A stretch of 61,209 nucleotides of DNA, the filler included, from Nemertoderma westbladi (lineage: Eukaryota; Animalia; Xenacoelomorpha), in NCBI GenBank assembly GCA_032718475.1. It is 3 parts of 3 records of this genome, joined end to end, with 100 filler letters (N's around TTAATTAATTAA, not from the genome) between each part and the next. Parts side by side here need not be neighbours in the genome. Positions count along the whole stretch, not along the records: positions 1 to 16,472 come from JAUCBJ010007916.1; 2 more parts are not named here. The stretch is one strand, 5' to 3'. The translations under genes were made by a program, and so were the position numbers. Numbering within the stretch: position 1 is the first letter of the stretch; the number at the start of each line of letters is the position of its first letter. Below are positions 1 to 12,054 of the stretch, piece by piece. The notes beneath the pieces were generated by a model that ran no database searches, was not told the origin of the DNA, and saw only the letters and a list, made by a program, of their open reading frames with translations.

Positions 1-205
1 CTGCTTCTGCCACTGCCTTTGCCACCTTTCTTTCTGCTTCTGCATCTGCCGCAGCCGCCTTTGCTGCTATTCTTTCTGCTTCTACTTCTGCCGCCGCTGC
101 CTTTCTTTCTGCTTCTGCATCTGCCGCCGCTGCCTTTGCTGCTATTCTTTCTGCTTCTACTTCTGCCGCCGCTGCCTTTCTTTCTGCTTCTGCATCTGCT
201 ATAGC
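1..205 (-). repeat. 75-bp coding tandem repeat (DAEAERKAAAAEVEAERIAAKAAAA)
   Basis: ctttctttctgcttctgcatctgc recurs at ~27, ~102 and ~177. Confidence 0.85.
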
Positions 206-1396
206 CTCCGCCATAGCCGCCGTTTTTTGTTCCTCTATCCTTCTTTTCTTTATTTGTTCTTCTCGGACTCTAGTGAGGCGGAGTTTTTCATCACATTCAG
301 CTTGGTTTGCAGCTAACATTTCGGCATCGATCGAGTCCAATATAAGCTTGGTTCCTTCACTATTAGGGGAAAGTCCATGCAGCCGTCTCCTCAACTCTTC
401 GTCTCCTAGGAATCGCTGATAGTCGGACAAATAAATGTCGATAGCGTCTCTAGTTCGCGGTTTCTCGGCGGCCTCTTCGCTTTCCGCTTGAGAAAGGGTG
501 ACATCAGTTTGTTCTTCACAAGTTGATCTCTCAGCCAGCTGGGATTTCCACGTGGCCGTTTCCTGTACTTTGAGATCTACCCGATGTAACCAAGTTTTGA
601 CAGCAACCTGCAGCGACGTGTCCTGTCTTCTTTTGGAAGTTTCCTCAAAGGCTGAGAGGATTAGTCGAATGCGTAGGGTTCTTTCGCGTACTTGGTATAG
701 CAGCTCTTCCTGCTCTTGAGGTCCTTGAAGTTGTCGAAACAGTTGTTCTTCCAAGCGCTCCAAGGAGCCGAAGAATCCCTGCACATATCCTGCTGCCGAC
801 CTCTTCCAAACAGCTGGATCCATTGTATCTTTTGCCACTCCCATCCTGTGTATATCTTCCCAAGTAGCCTCGGACATATCAAACGGAAGTCCGAGTCCGG
901 GAAAGTTCCATTGTGATTCAACAATAGATCTCAATTCTTCCCTGGCGTATCCCGCGTAATTATCTTGGGTCGCTCTCTTATTCTTCGCCCAGTCGGCTTG
1001 ATGTTCCTCCACCGCAATGAATATAGTAGTTAGCACTGCAGCAGGAAGAGTAAGAAGGGGGTCCGAGTAGACTGTATCAGCCGTCTGCACTTCATGTTCG
1101 GGAGTCAGCTCTACAGTATCCGAACTGCTGGAGCTATCGGGTCGCTGGGAAGTAGGTTCTTGACCAAGATGTTGCTGCGATAGGACAACTGCCTCTTGGT
1201 CCCGTTTTACCTGTGCCCGAGTGCCTATGATGGACCTATGGTGGACTAGCCTAGGGTCTGATACTACTGGAGGGATGACCTTTTTTACAGTAGGAGGTGA
1301 GCCGAACTTCTCTCTTATTCGCTCCACACTCCTATCTGAATCACAGATAGTGGTCTCGATCAGACTGTCCGACAGGTTTTGCTGAGTGTCAGACAT
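1..1396 (-). CDS. Intronless ORF of unknown function, >465 aa, 3'-partial, with an Ala/Glu/Arg-rich coiled-coil repeat; possibly a retroelement ORF1/Gag
   Basis: Manual translation from ATG at 1396 (MSDTQQNLSDSLIETT...WNFPGLGLPFDMSEATWEDIH...EEQIKKRRIEEQKTAAMAEAIADAEAERKAAAAEVEAERIAAK...) has no stop before the window edge. Absent from the ORF track because it is open-ended. No diagnostic domain recognised. Confidence 0.7.
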   Translation of the reverse strand, partial: MSDTQQNLSDSLIETTICDSDRSVERIREKFGSPPTVKKVIPPVVSDPRLVHHRSIIGTRAQVKRDQEAVVLSQQHLGQEPTSQRPDSSSSSDTVELTPEHEVQTADTVYSDPLLTLPAAVLTTIFIAVEEHQADWAKNKRATQDNYAGYAREELRSIVESQWNFPGLGLPFDMSEATWEDIHRMGVAKDTMDPAVWKRSAAGYVQGFFGSLERLEEQLFRQLQGPQEQEELLYQVRERTLRIRLILSAFEETSKRRQDTSLQVAVKTWLHRVDLKVQETATWKSQLAERSTCEEQTDVTLSQAESEEAAEKPRTRDAIDIYLSDYQRFLGDEELRRRLHGLSPNSEGTKLILDSIDAEMLAANQAECDEKLRLTRVREEQIKKRRIEEQKTAAMAEAIADAEAERKAAAAEVEAERIAAKAAAADAEAERKAAAAEVEAERIAAKAAAADAEAERKVAKAVAEA

Positions 1397-1531
1397 GTTT
1401 AGTTATACAGTTGAATGCCTACTACTATAGTTTCAGTTAAAGCAAGTCTGGTAATTCAGTATGACCGCAAGCCTAGCGATTTATTACCGGTACCGTTACT
1501 CGGTGTAACGTGATATATATACAATATATTA

Positions 1532-1772
1532 GAATACCGGTATGCTTATAATATATAAGTGTTATTACAGACTAGATTTGTCACAGAGTACCGGTATAAT
1601 TTTAGCACAAATATATATATATATAGTAGGCCTATAATGAATACCGGTATACAGCTTACACTTATAGTATATAAGTATAATTCTGGACTAGAATTAATTA
1701 CAGAGTACCGGTATGATTTCAGCTCAAATTTATAGAAATAAATATAATAAGCCTATGGTAAGTACCGGTATG
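1532..1772. repeat. Diverged ~110-120-bp tandem duplication with TACCGGTA motifs
   Basis: aataccggtat...actaga...cagagtaccggtat occurs twice (1532/1640; 1586/1703). Confidence 0.6.
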
Positions 1773-2744
1773 TCAATTATTTTTAGAATAATTGAATTCC
1801 TGAATATTTTAGGGTTACTTAGTTACTTTAACTTACTTTATTACCGTTATGTAAGCAGTAGTCCAACTGATAGTGAGACCTAGTTGTCGTATGGCAGGCC
1901 TACTATTTATAAATCGTTTGATTTGATTTATAATATTTATATACCCGTTTATGGGTTTTTGTCAATATTTGAAATAAATGTTATTATTTCTGGGGGAGTC
2001 ACTACACAGAAGCTGAACGCCTCTCAGTGAAGTGCTATTTATTTGACACTAAAACTGATAATTCTAATTTACCTAAGTTACTTAATACTACAAATTACTT
2101 ACGATACGGGTGAGATTAATTCTCTAATTAAACACAACAAAATATTACGTACGAAATTTTTTAGGGTAATTTTACAGGGAGTCTACAAACCAGTCCAACA
2201 AAGGGTTAGATTTCTGGCTATTACAAAGGACAGGGTACTACGGTATTTAAATAATAAGTAGTAGTAAATATATTGTACTGTCCAGATAGGAAAATACCAC
2301 CGCCTGACGACCTATAACCGTATCGCTATAGGTACTACGTTATGTATCACGGATTGTTCCTACCCAGAAGCTAATAGAGCTAACGAATGTGCCTATCAAC
2401 CACTTTACAACACAAATATACTGCCTACACTAATTACTTCGGACAGCACTGTACACTAAACCCTAAATTAGGTACAAGTACCGGTATAACAAATAATCAG
2501 TAGTTAAATATACTTGAACAGTTAAAAGAACCAAGGCATCTGCTGGAGTGACCGAAGCACAAAGTCGTCAGTCTTTACCTACGCCAAGCAGCCCTGATGT
2601 AGTACCGGGGTTAGTTTAACTATAACGGTATGTATAACAAACACAATTACTGTAGGAATAAACTTGGGGACATGAATGTTGCGAATAATCGCATAAACTC
2701 TGAATAATAAATATTACGCTACCCGTACAGAATACTCAAACGAA

Positions 2745-3270
2745 TACAAACCAAACGCTGGCAGACTACTATTAAGCCTAAACGAACCACAGTATGTGCA
2801 GATTCTGAAACTGTTAGTTAGTATGCGTTCTAACACGGTAGTACGACTTACTCTTTAAGAGGGGATTGACCTTACCGCTTATGGCTGCCCCAACTTACTA
2901 ACGGCACTTGATCAGACCAACTCTACACACGCAGCAATCCCTTCAGACCCAAGAATAGCTAGACAACAATCCAGCCTACAAATATTTGAGTAATAACTAT
3001 TACGGTACCTGAACAGACCACACAAACAAACACAGGCCAAAACACTGGCAGACTACGATCAAGCCTAAATAAACTACAGTATATGCAGACTCTGAAACTG
3101 TTAGTTAGTATGCGTTCTAACACGGTAGTACGACTTATTCTTTAAGAGGGGATTGACCTTACCGCTTATGGCTGCCCCAACTTACTAACGGCACTTTATC
3201 AGACAAACTCTACACACGCCGTAATCTCTCCAAACCCAACCACAGTCAGACAGCAGCTCAGCCTACAATT
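2745..3270. repeat. 287-bp-period direct duplication
   Basis: gcagactac...ctgaaactgttagttagtatgcgttctaacacggtagtacgactta...ctctacacacgc at 2761 and again at 3048. Confidence 0.9.
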
Positions 3271-3527
3271 ATCTGAACAATCTGAGCAGGGTCACACGCC
3301 TTCTGCTCAATATTAGCCTACTAGGAAATAAAACTGACAGAAATAAGTAAGCTCCAAAAGAAACAAGGGGTGTACAGTCCCTAATCTCTTAAACAGCCTA
3401 CCGGTATACAATAATCAAAATCGAATAATACTAAATGTACTTGTACAGCAGTACCGGTACCGGTGATGACAGTTAGGCCTACTGACCTACAAAGTACCGG
3501 TTCAGTTTTACCGGTCACTACGGTATT

Positions 3528-3744
3528 TTGCAACCTTATTGCCTACTGCAATAAGATTGTAAACTGTTACTGTTCGACAGAACAGTATTAAACTGTATTT
3601 AATGCCTACACTTGCAACCTTATTGCCTACTGCAATAAGATTATAAACTGTTACTGTTCGACAGAACAGTATTAAACTGTATTTAATGCCTACACTTGCA
3701 ACCTTATTGCCTACTGCAATAAGATTATAAACTGTTACTGTTCG
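3528..3744. repeat. 84-bp tandem repeat (~2.6 copies), each unit with three short hairpins
   Basis: tgcaaccttattgcctactgcaataag starts at 3529, 3613 and 3697. Confidence 0.9.
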
Positions 3745-4955
3745 CGCTTTTGAAGACCTTTAGCAGTTTAACCTGCCAAAATTTATATGTCTTCTAGTTA
3801 ATTAAAACCACTTTAGCATACGACAATATTTTATGCTAATACGCAAAACATTAGCCGAAGTCAGCCCATGCGCGATCATTCACCCGATGGATCTACACCC
3901 GGGAGACTGAATTCGGATGCTTGAATTGTATTATTACAGTGTAAGGTTGCAGTGTATACCTAATGTATTATTCGATAGATCGTTAATAATTAATCTCTGA
4001 CAGATATTATTGGCTTTCGGGAAATATTAACAGTTCCTTTAGGACGTGGCGCTTTATCTATTTAAACAGAACTAAGACTTATACTAAAACGCAACGATAC
4101 TGCTTATGATTAAAGTATAAAGCGTATTCTTTAGGAAATACTTTGTTACCAATCACGATCATACACACTATTCTGCCGACAGTCAGTACATTTGATCACA
4201 CATAAAGAGAGCAGTAATTGACTCACGTAGGGTCTGCTAAATAACATTGGATTCAATACACACCACATTAATATAAATCGCAATTGTTATGTATAGCCGG
4301 TCTCTCTAACCTGTAGTGTTATCAAGAAAATTGGGAATTGGGTGATTTGTCCGTATTATCCAAATAGCAATATTTCCATCAACAAATAGGTACAATTAAT
4401 AACTGACGGTAAAATAACAGTACAAGCAATATGATTAATGCAGTTAAGATTGATTAAATTGATCGGTAGTTAGTTAGGTAACAGTTTATACTTTCGATAA
4501 TTCAAGCAGTTTACAAAAGGCCGGTGTTTCTGGCTTAGACAGCAATAACAACAAAGTATCAAGAAAAAACAGTAAGACTGAACACTCTCCTTATGATCGG
4601 CAGAAAAGCTACACGTCGACAGGAAAAATCGCTCTGATTGGCTCAAGCCAAACAAAGAACCATGCATCTAATGGCTGTTTCCATGTCAGCAACCAGCTGT
4701 TAGATGTCGTAATATGAATCATCACGGCTAAGCTGTGAAAGGTAGTTGGTGCATTACAGTTTTTTGCCTTACCATGTCCGCCAAAACACGTATATAGCAG
4801 AATGATTTTTATGTCCGTTAAAACACCTGTAAAGGTACCTTGCGGGCGAGGGGAATATATATACAGTTAGAGAACCCTTTTAGAGTATTCCAGCGCCTGG
4901 GGGGGAACTGGCCAGCAAAGGCAAACGTATCAGTTATCCCACAAAAGCTTTTACA

Positions 4956-7153
4956 ATCCTTCCAGACTTCCCGATCCTACTACAAATACTAGGTTAAACG
5001 AGCGCGGACATTGGAAATGAGATCCTTCCAGACTTCCCGATCCTACTACAAATACTAGGTTAAACGAGCACGGACATTGGAAATGAGATCCTTCCAGACT
5101 TCCCGATCCTACTACAAATACTAGGTTAAACGAGCACGGACATTGGAAATGAGGTCCTTCCAGACTTCCCGATTCTACTACAAATACTAGGTTAAACGAG
5201 CACGGACATTGGAAATGAGATCCTTCCAGACTTCCCGATCCTACTACAAATACTAGGTTAAACGAGCACGGACATTGGAAATGAGATCCTTCCAGACTTC
5301 CCGATCCTACTACAAATACTAGGTTAAACGAGCGCGGACATTGGAAATGAGATCCTTCCAGACTTCCCGATCCTACTACAAATACTAGGTTAAACGAGCA
5401 CGGACATTGGAAATGAGATCCTTCCAGACTTCCCGATCCTACTACAAATACTAGGTTAAACGAGCACGGACATTGGAAATGAGATCCTTCCAGACTTCCC
5501 GATCCTACTACAAATACTAGGTTAAACGAGCGCGGACATTGGAAATGAGATCCTTCCAGACTTCCCGATTCTACTACAAATACTAGGTTAAACGAGCGCG
5601 GACATTGGAAATGAGATCCTTCCAGACTTCCCGATCCTACTACAAATACTAGGTTAAACGAGCACGGACATTGGAAATGAGATCCTTCCAGACTTCCCGA
5701 TCCTACTACAAATACTAGGTTAAACGAGCACGGACATTGGAAATGAGATCCTTCCAGACTTCCCGATCCTACTACAAATACTAGGTTAAACGAGCACGGA
5801 CATTGGAAATGAGATCCTTCCAGACTTCCCGATCCTACTACAAATACTAGGTTAAACGAGCGCGGACATTGGAAATGAGATCCTTCCAGACTTCCCGATC
5901 CTACTACAAATACTAGGTTAAACGAGCACGGACATTGGAAATGTGATCCTTCCAGACTTCCCGATCCTACTACAAATACTGGGTTAAACGAGCGCGGACA
6001 TTGGAAATGAGATCCTTCCAGACTTCCCGATTCTACTACAAATACTAGGTTAAACGAGCACGGACATTGGAAATGAGATCCTTCCAGACTTCCCGATCCT
6101 ACTACAAATACTAGGTTAAATGAGCACGGACATTGGAAATGAGATCCTTCCAGACTTCCCGATTCTACTACAAATACTAGGTTAAACGAGCACGGACATT
6201 GGAAATGAAATCCTTCCAGACTTCCCGATTCTACTACAAATACTAGGTTAAACGAGCACGGACATTGGAAATGAGATCCTTCCAGACTTCCCGATCCTAC
6301 TACAAATACTAGGTTAAACGAGCACGGACATTGGAAATGAGATCCTTCCAGACTTCCCGATTCTACTACAAATACTAGGTTAAACGAGCACGGACATTGG
6401 AAATGAGATCCTTCCAGACTTCCCGATTCTACTACAAATACACCGTTAAACGAGCACGGACATTGGAAATGAGATCCTTCCAGACTTCCCGATCCTACTA
6501 CAAATACTAGGTTAAACGAGCACGGACATTGGAAATGAGATCCTTCCAGACTTCCCGATTCTACTACAAATACTAGGTTAAACGAGCACGGACATTGGAA
6601 ATGAGATCCTTCCAGACTTCCCGATCCTACTACAAATACTAGGTTAAACGAGCACGGACATTGGAAATGAGGTCCTTCCAGACTTCCCGATTCTACTACA
6701 AATACTAGGTTAAACGAGCACGGACATTGGAAATGAGATCCTTCCAGACTTCCCGATTCTACCACAAATACTAGGTTAAACGAGCACGGACATTGGAAAT
6801 GAGATCCTTCCAGACTTCCCGATCCTACTACAAATACTAGGTTAAACGAGCACGGACATTGGAAATGAGATCCTTCCAGACTTCCCGATTCTACTACAAA
6901 TACTAGGTTAAACGAGCACAGACATTGGAAATGAGATCCTTCCAGACTTCCCGATCCTACTACAAATACTAGGTTAAACGAGCACGGACATAGGAAATGA
7001 GATCCTTCCAGACTTCCCGATTCTACTACAAATGCTAGGTTAAACGAGCACGGACATTGGAAATGAGATCCTTCCAGACTTCCCGATCCTACTACAAATA
7101 CTAGGTTAAACGAGCACGGACATTGGAAATGAGATCATTCCAGGCTTCCCGAT
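4956..7153. repeat. 66-bp minisatellite, ~33 copies
   Basis: Unit gatccttccagacttcccgatcctactacaaatactaggttaaacgagcacggacattggaaatga; copies nearly identical. Confidence 0.97.
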
Positions 7154-7231
7154 TTTCCATAGTTGTCGTAATTTCGTTTCTCTCAAGTTCAGTATCCCAT
7201 TCAAGTTGATATATAATCTACAGTATATATA

Positions 7232-8079
7232 TGTGGCTGGCCACGAGAAAAGGGACCTTATGTCGCAAAACCTGATTCTGAGATAATCGCGTTTAAAGTT
7301 TCCCTCTATTTTTGAACAAATTTAATTGGATTATCAATTTAGAAATGTATAAAACGATGAGGGAAATTCAAATTGGTTCTGATATTCAATATACCTAGGA
7401 AAGAACTAATTACAGGAAGCAATATAAGATGTTGCAGTGTTGTATATAACACTGTCTTAGGGTTTTCATGTCTGAATTTAGGACTGTAATAAATTGTAAT
7501 TGTACTACTGTAATATGTAGGTACTGCAGGCTTACAGTTATTTTTTAAATGCAATATGGCTGTCATATGGCTGTCTTAATTTATCTTCGTTAGTTCTTAA
7601 ATTTTGTAATCCCAATAAAGAATTCAAAATACAAATAATTTTAAATTTTGTTAAAAAAATTTATCTTTTTGAAAATATTTTAAATTTAAAAAAAAAATTT
7701 TTTTTGGTTACATGTTTTTTTGAAAATTTTGTCAAATTTTTTTTTTAATAGTTCATGAACAATATTAATAGTTTCAAAGTGTTAAAAGTTGTTCAAAAAG
7801 CCGAATAACATTGAGTTTCCTGACTATATAGTAAGAATTGCTATGATATTATTAATATTTTCCATTTTTTTAAATAATTGCTTATTATAACCGCTATTAA
7901 TAAAATTTTTTTGCTACCCGATTCACCTTCACATAAATCGCTATAACTTTTTTTTGGAAATAGATATTGAGACACCGTTTTTTTTGTTAAAATCTCTGGA
8001 AAATTCTGCATCTCATAGGCCTAATAACTCAAAATCGACCTCCGGTGACATAAGGTCCCTTTTCTCGTGGCCAGCCACA
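7232..8079. mobile_element. Non-autonomous DNA transposon (MITE) with ~33-bp perfect TIRs and TA (or ATAT) target duplication
   Basis: tgtggctggccacgagaaaagggaccttatgtc (7232-7264) is the exact reverse complement of 8047-8079; flanked by TA on both sides; AT-rich non-coding interior. Confidence 0.9.
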
Positions 8080-8083
8080 TATG

Positions 8084-8662
8084 TTAAAGCGGGTACGTTT
8101 TCCATGTGTTGGTTTCCAGCAAAGTAAATCTGGTATGACCTCGTCTTTACTTCGCCCGGGCGACGACCGAGCAGGTATTTCTCCTGGAGCGTTCTCATAC
8201 TCATATCTTTCAGTTGCGGGAGTAAACCGCTTGTGGTCGCCGTTGGTTGATTACCTCCCGCCGACCTTGTCAGCATGTCTAGCCGTTGGTTGATTTACCT
8301 TCCGCCTATCCATGGCCTACAGCTCTGCTGCCGACTGTAGGGGTCCTTTTGTTACACCCTGAAGCAAGTGTGCCTCCTGGGTTAGGTTACCTAACACTGG
8401 TAGAGGAGCATCCAGTATAGACAGGGCGGGGCGTGTATCATCTCTAATGCAGATGCGTATCAAGCCTTTGCCTTCAATGGTGCCCTAGGCGCTATAGCCC
8501 TCAATGACTTATTTAGTTGAAGGGGCTAAACCAACCCACTCTTGATCAACTAAATAATGAATAGGCTATGCTTATCGGGCCTGCCCTACTGGGCTGACAG
8601 CTACAGGTAGTACCACATTACTGCCATAGTGGTAGCAGGATGGGGACCTGACCTGACCTGAC
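8084..8662. mobile_element. GC-richer hairpin-rich segment ending in (TGACC)n; possible terminal/UTR part of a LINE or SINE
   Basis: Composition differs from flanks; internal duplication at 8239/8282; stems cctacag..ctgtagg and ttatttagttga..tcaactaaataa; terminal gacctgacctgacctgac. Confidence 0.35.
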
Positions 8663-8677
8663 ATTAAAACTTAGAAG

Positions 8678-8886
8678 TGATACGAACTTAGATCCTTCCA
8701 ATACGAAGTTAGATCCTTCCGATACGAACTTAGATCCTTCCCATACGAACTTAGATCCTTCCGATACGATCTTAGATCCTTCCGATACGAACTTAGATCC
8801 TTCCGATACGAACTTAGATCCTTCCGATACGAACTTAGATCCTTTCCCATAAGAACTTAGATCCTCAACATACGAACTTAGATCCC
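8678..8886. repeat. 21-bp minisatellite, ~10 copies
   Basis: Unit gatacgaacttagatccttcc. Confidence 0.93.
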
Positions 8887-9249
8887 ACCTTGCATATATT
8901 GCTGTACCGTAGGTGTATTATTGTGAAATGTCATTCCTATAGGCCAGCAGACCTTACTGTAAGTATTATTGAAGGGAAGCGAAATTAGATCCTACCACCA
9001 AAACATTGCGACGAATTAGCTATTATAATTGTCAAATTATAGTTTTAAAGCGAGTCACTAATCGCAACTACTTGAGTGCATGCCTTTGCATTAGATCATT
9101 AGAAGTACGTTATATACTTAGTATTCCTACAGTAATTATCATGAACGGGAGGTTGGTTTCTTGGAATATTCTTCCACATCGTTTGGACCGCCCATGATCA
9201 GTTTTAAAACTCAATAATATATTATTATATAATTAATATATTATTATTA

Positions 9250-9612
9250 ATGATAATATCCCGTGGTCTAAAGTTTCAAATGCCTTTCTTCAAGTCAATA
9301 GAAATTATACAACCAGTATTCTGTGAGTCTAGTGCTTCTTGTAGGCGTTCTTTTATTGTTACTATGGCATCTGTCGTAGTAAATTTTTTTCTAAATCCGT
9401 ATTGAGAATCGCATAATATAGAGAGAGTATTTGTTTAGGTAGCTCAGTAATTGTGTATTAATTATCCGTTCGTATAATTTACTAAATAGTGGTAGAATAG
9501 ATATGGGACGGTAATTATTTTTGTCAGTAGGATCTTCGGTTTTGTAAATATGGGTGTAATTTTTGCACGTTTTAATATTTTGGGGAAGAAGCCATGTTGT
9601 ATTGATAAATTA
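9250..9612 (-). pseudogene. Frameshifted LINE reverse-transcriptase fragment (L2/CR1 group)
   Basis: Minus strand across frameshifts reads NLSIQHGFFPKILKRAKITPI / YKTEDPTDKNNYRPISILPLFSKLYERII / LCDSQYGFRKKFTTTDAI...IISIDLKK / AFETLDHGIL, the N-terminal RT motifs. Confidence 0.85.
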
Positions 9613-9683
9613 TCCCTGCAATTTAGCTGTTTAATTCACTCAAGTCTTCAAGAAACATTTCCTCCAATATTGTTTTACCTTAA

Positions 9684-12054
9684 CCCTATTAGTACTGGGC
9701 TATAAAATGTTGTACAAATACCGGGGGGGGGGGGGGGGGGGGAGGGGGGGTTATATTGACTCTGGATCCGACCGAAAAAAAAAAATTTCGAAAAAATGTA
9801 CTGGGGTGGTTATATTGCAGCAAAAAAATTACAAGTAGGGCACAATTTTCACAAAATTTTAAAAGTTATATTTTTCGGCTAATTGTTTTTCAATACAGGT
9901 TTTCTGGGGCGCAAAATACATTGGAAAATATTTAAAAATGATATGATTACTATAAATGGCTGTTTAGTTCTCTCTGCGTAGGAAAAAAAAAAAGAAAAAA
10001 ACAAGTAACCAGCACTTTTCAGTTCGAACACAAAATTTTTAAGTCGTGGGTAGCACCCCCCCCCCCCCCCCTATTTTGCAAATTGACAAAAAAGTTTTTT
10101 TTGTTCTATCATGTGCCAAATTTATTGGAGATTTCAAATCTGCAAGCAGTTTTCTCATATCTTTTCTCAAACTCAAGTTATTACCCAAAACGTAAGAGCT
10201 GGTCTGAGTTTTGAAAAGCCTTCGAGCAGCACTATATATTACAATTGTAAGGGGCCCTTTTCATAAAAAAGGCTCTCACGTTACAGATATGAATAAAATT
10301 GCTAGAAAGTTGTTTTACTAGTTATATGTTTAGCAAACATGAAAAATTTCATAGAATTTCATTCATTTTTGACAAAGTTATTGTTGAACATAAAAAAGTG
10401 GTATTATCTAAAATAGCGGGAAGGTTTGAATTGTTCCTTAAACTTTAAACACCCATATCTCAGAATGACGTTTTTTCATGAAAAAGGCTATTTCTCCGGC
10501 AATTTTAAATTAAATGAGTTAAAATTTGGTACACTTGTTAAGATTACCCTTCTCCATACTTCTTCTGAACAAATTTGGTTGGGAATGGCCTGGTGCCTTT
10601 TTATCTCAAAAAGGCCCAAAAAAGGCCCTTTTTTGGGGCCTTTTTGTTCTAAAAAGGCTCCAGAGCATTTGTGGCAAAATCTGTTCAGAAGAATTGGATG
10701 CAGGATTCTTCTGAACATATATTCCAAATTTCGACAAATTTCAACAAATATTGGTGGAGAAATAGCCCTTGGCGCAAAAAGGCACTTTTGGCCATTACGG
10801 AGCCATTTTGGGGCCAATTTTAAAAATATTTGGTTTGGTTATTCTCAAACAGTCCAGACGATGTTTAGTAGCTCAAAAAATAATTTTCACCCAATTTTAT
10901 GGTCCAGAGACACAAAAATGTGAGGTTCAATTTGGGGGTTTGGGCAATTTGGGGGCTTATACGATGCTATAAATTCACATTTTCAGACTTTCTAAGGCGC
11001 TGATTCTAATGGAACACATTTCTAATATGCCAGATCATTGCTACTTGTATTTTTCGGCGTAATTTGGCAAATTTTGGTGCTAGCACCAAATTTCGTACCC
11101 ATCACCAAAAAGTACAAGTTTGCGATGTCCAGTGCTGTTTTTATTGATTCCATCGGATTCAGGACCCTCATAAACCTGAATAACGCAAGAAACAAGATGA
11201 TACTATCAATTTGCTTATTTTCCAAAATTTGGTGCTGGCACAACAATTTTTACCCTCCGGCGAAAAATACAAGTTTGAAAACTCTTATGAAATTTTTACT
11301 GATTCCATTGAATTCAGAAGCCTCGCAAACCCGTATCAAGAAACAAGGTGACACAAACAATTGATATATTTGGTGGTTTTCAAAATTTGGTGCTAGCACC
11401 ACATTTTGCACCCACTTCCGAAAAATACAAGTTTGAGATGTCTAGTTTGATAATTATATATTCCATTGAATTCAGAACAGCCATAAACCTCTAAAACGCA
11501 AGAAATAAATTTTCACAAGCAATTTTATCTATTGAATGGATTTTCAAAATTTCGTGCTAGCACCAAAATTTGCACACAGCACCGAAAAATACAAGTTTGA
11601 TACGCATGGTGCAACTCGTATATATTTTATCGAAACTAGAAACCCAAAAAACACAAATTGCGTAAATAACAAGTTTTAAACAATCAATTTACAAAATTGA
11701 CATATTTCAAAATTTGGTGCTAGCACCAAAATTTGGCACCCGCCGAAAATTTCGAAATTTGTTTTGTAAAGTTTGAAATTTCGAAATCAATTTATATGAA
11801 TTCCATCCAATTGCTAACACCAAAAAACCGGTGTAAATCAATAAAAGTGCCAAAAGTAGGGTTAAAAAATGGTGCCATAACTCGAAAACTACCCAATATT
11901 TTTGAAAACAGTTTTCACTACTAGGAAAACAATAGATTTTTAGGAATAGTCATAAAATTTCAGATTCCCAACTGCGTTTGTTTCAAAATTATAATAAAAA
12001 AACCACGGGAGGGTTATATTGATCCCCCCCCCCCCCCCCCCGGGTTTAATGGGG
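9684..12054. mobile_element. Non-autonomous TTAA-specific (piggyBac-like) DNA transposon
   Basis: TTAA at 9680-9683 and 12055-12058; termini CCCTATTA... / ...TAATGGGG; subterminal poly-G and poly-C tracts; no transposase ORF. Confidence 0.75.
11065..11745. repeat. ~160-bp internal repeat x5 with palindrome TTTGGTGCTAGCACCAAA
   Basis: Palindrome or near copy at ~11073, 11228, 11386, 11550 and 11713, mostly followed by aaaatacaagtttg. Confidence 0.8.

Noticed and set aside
4951-6765. 604-aa ORF of 22-aa repeats
   Set aside because: By-product of a stop-free frame in the 66-bp minisatellite; no unique coding flank or ATG.
4956-7153. CRISPR-like periodicity (66 bp)
   Set aside because: Whole units are identical, with no unique spacers; eukaryotic context and no cas genes.
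2570-8360. Candidate LTR start (TGTAAC at ~8356, minus) and PBS-like words (~2586, ~4150)
   Set aside because: Matches are too short and do not form a coherent LTR-PBS arrangement.
10426-11364. ORFs inside the TTAA element as a possible transposase
   Set aside because: Short, overlapping on both strands, no DDD/DDE motifs.
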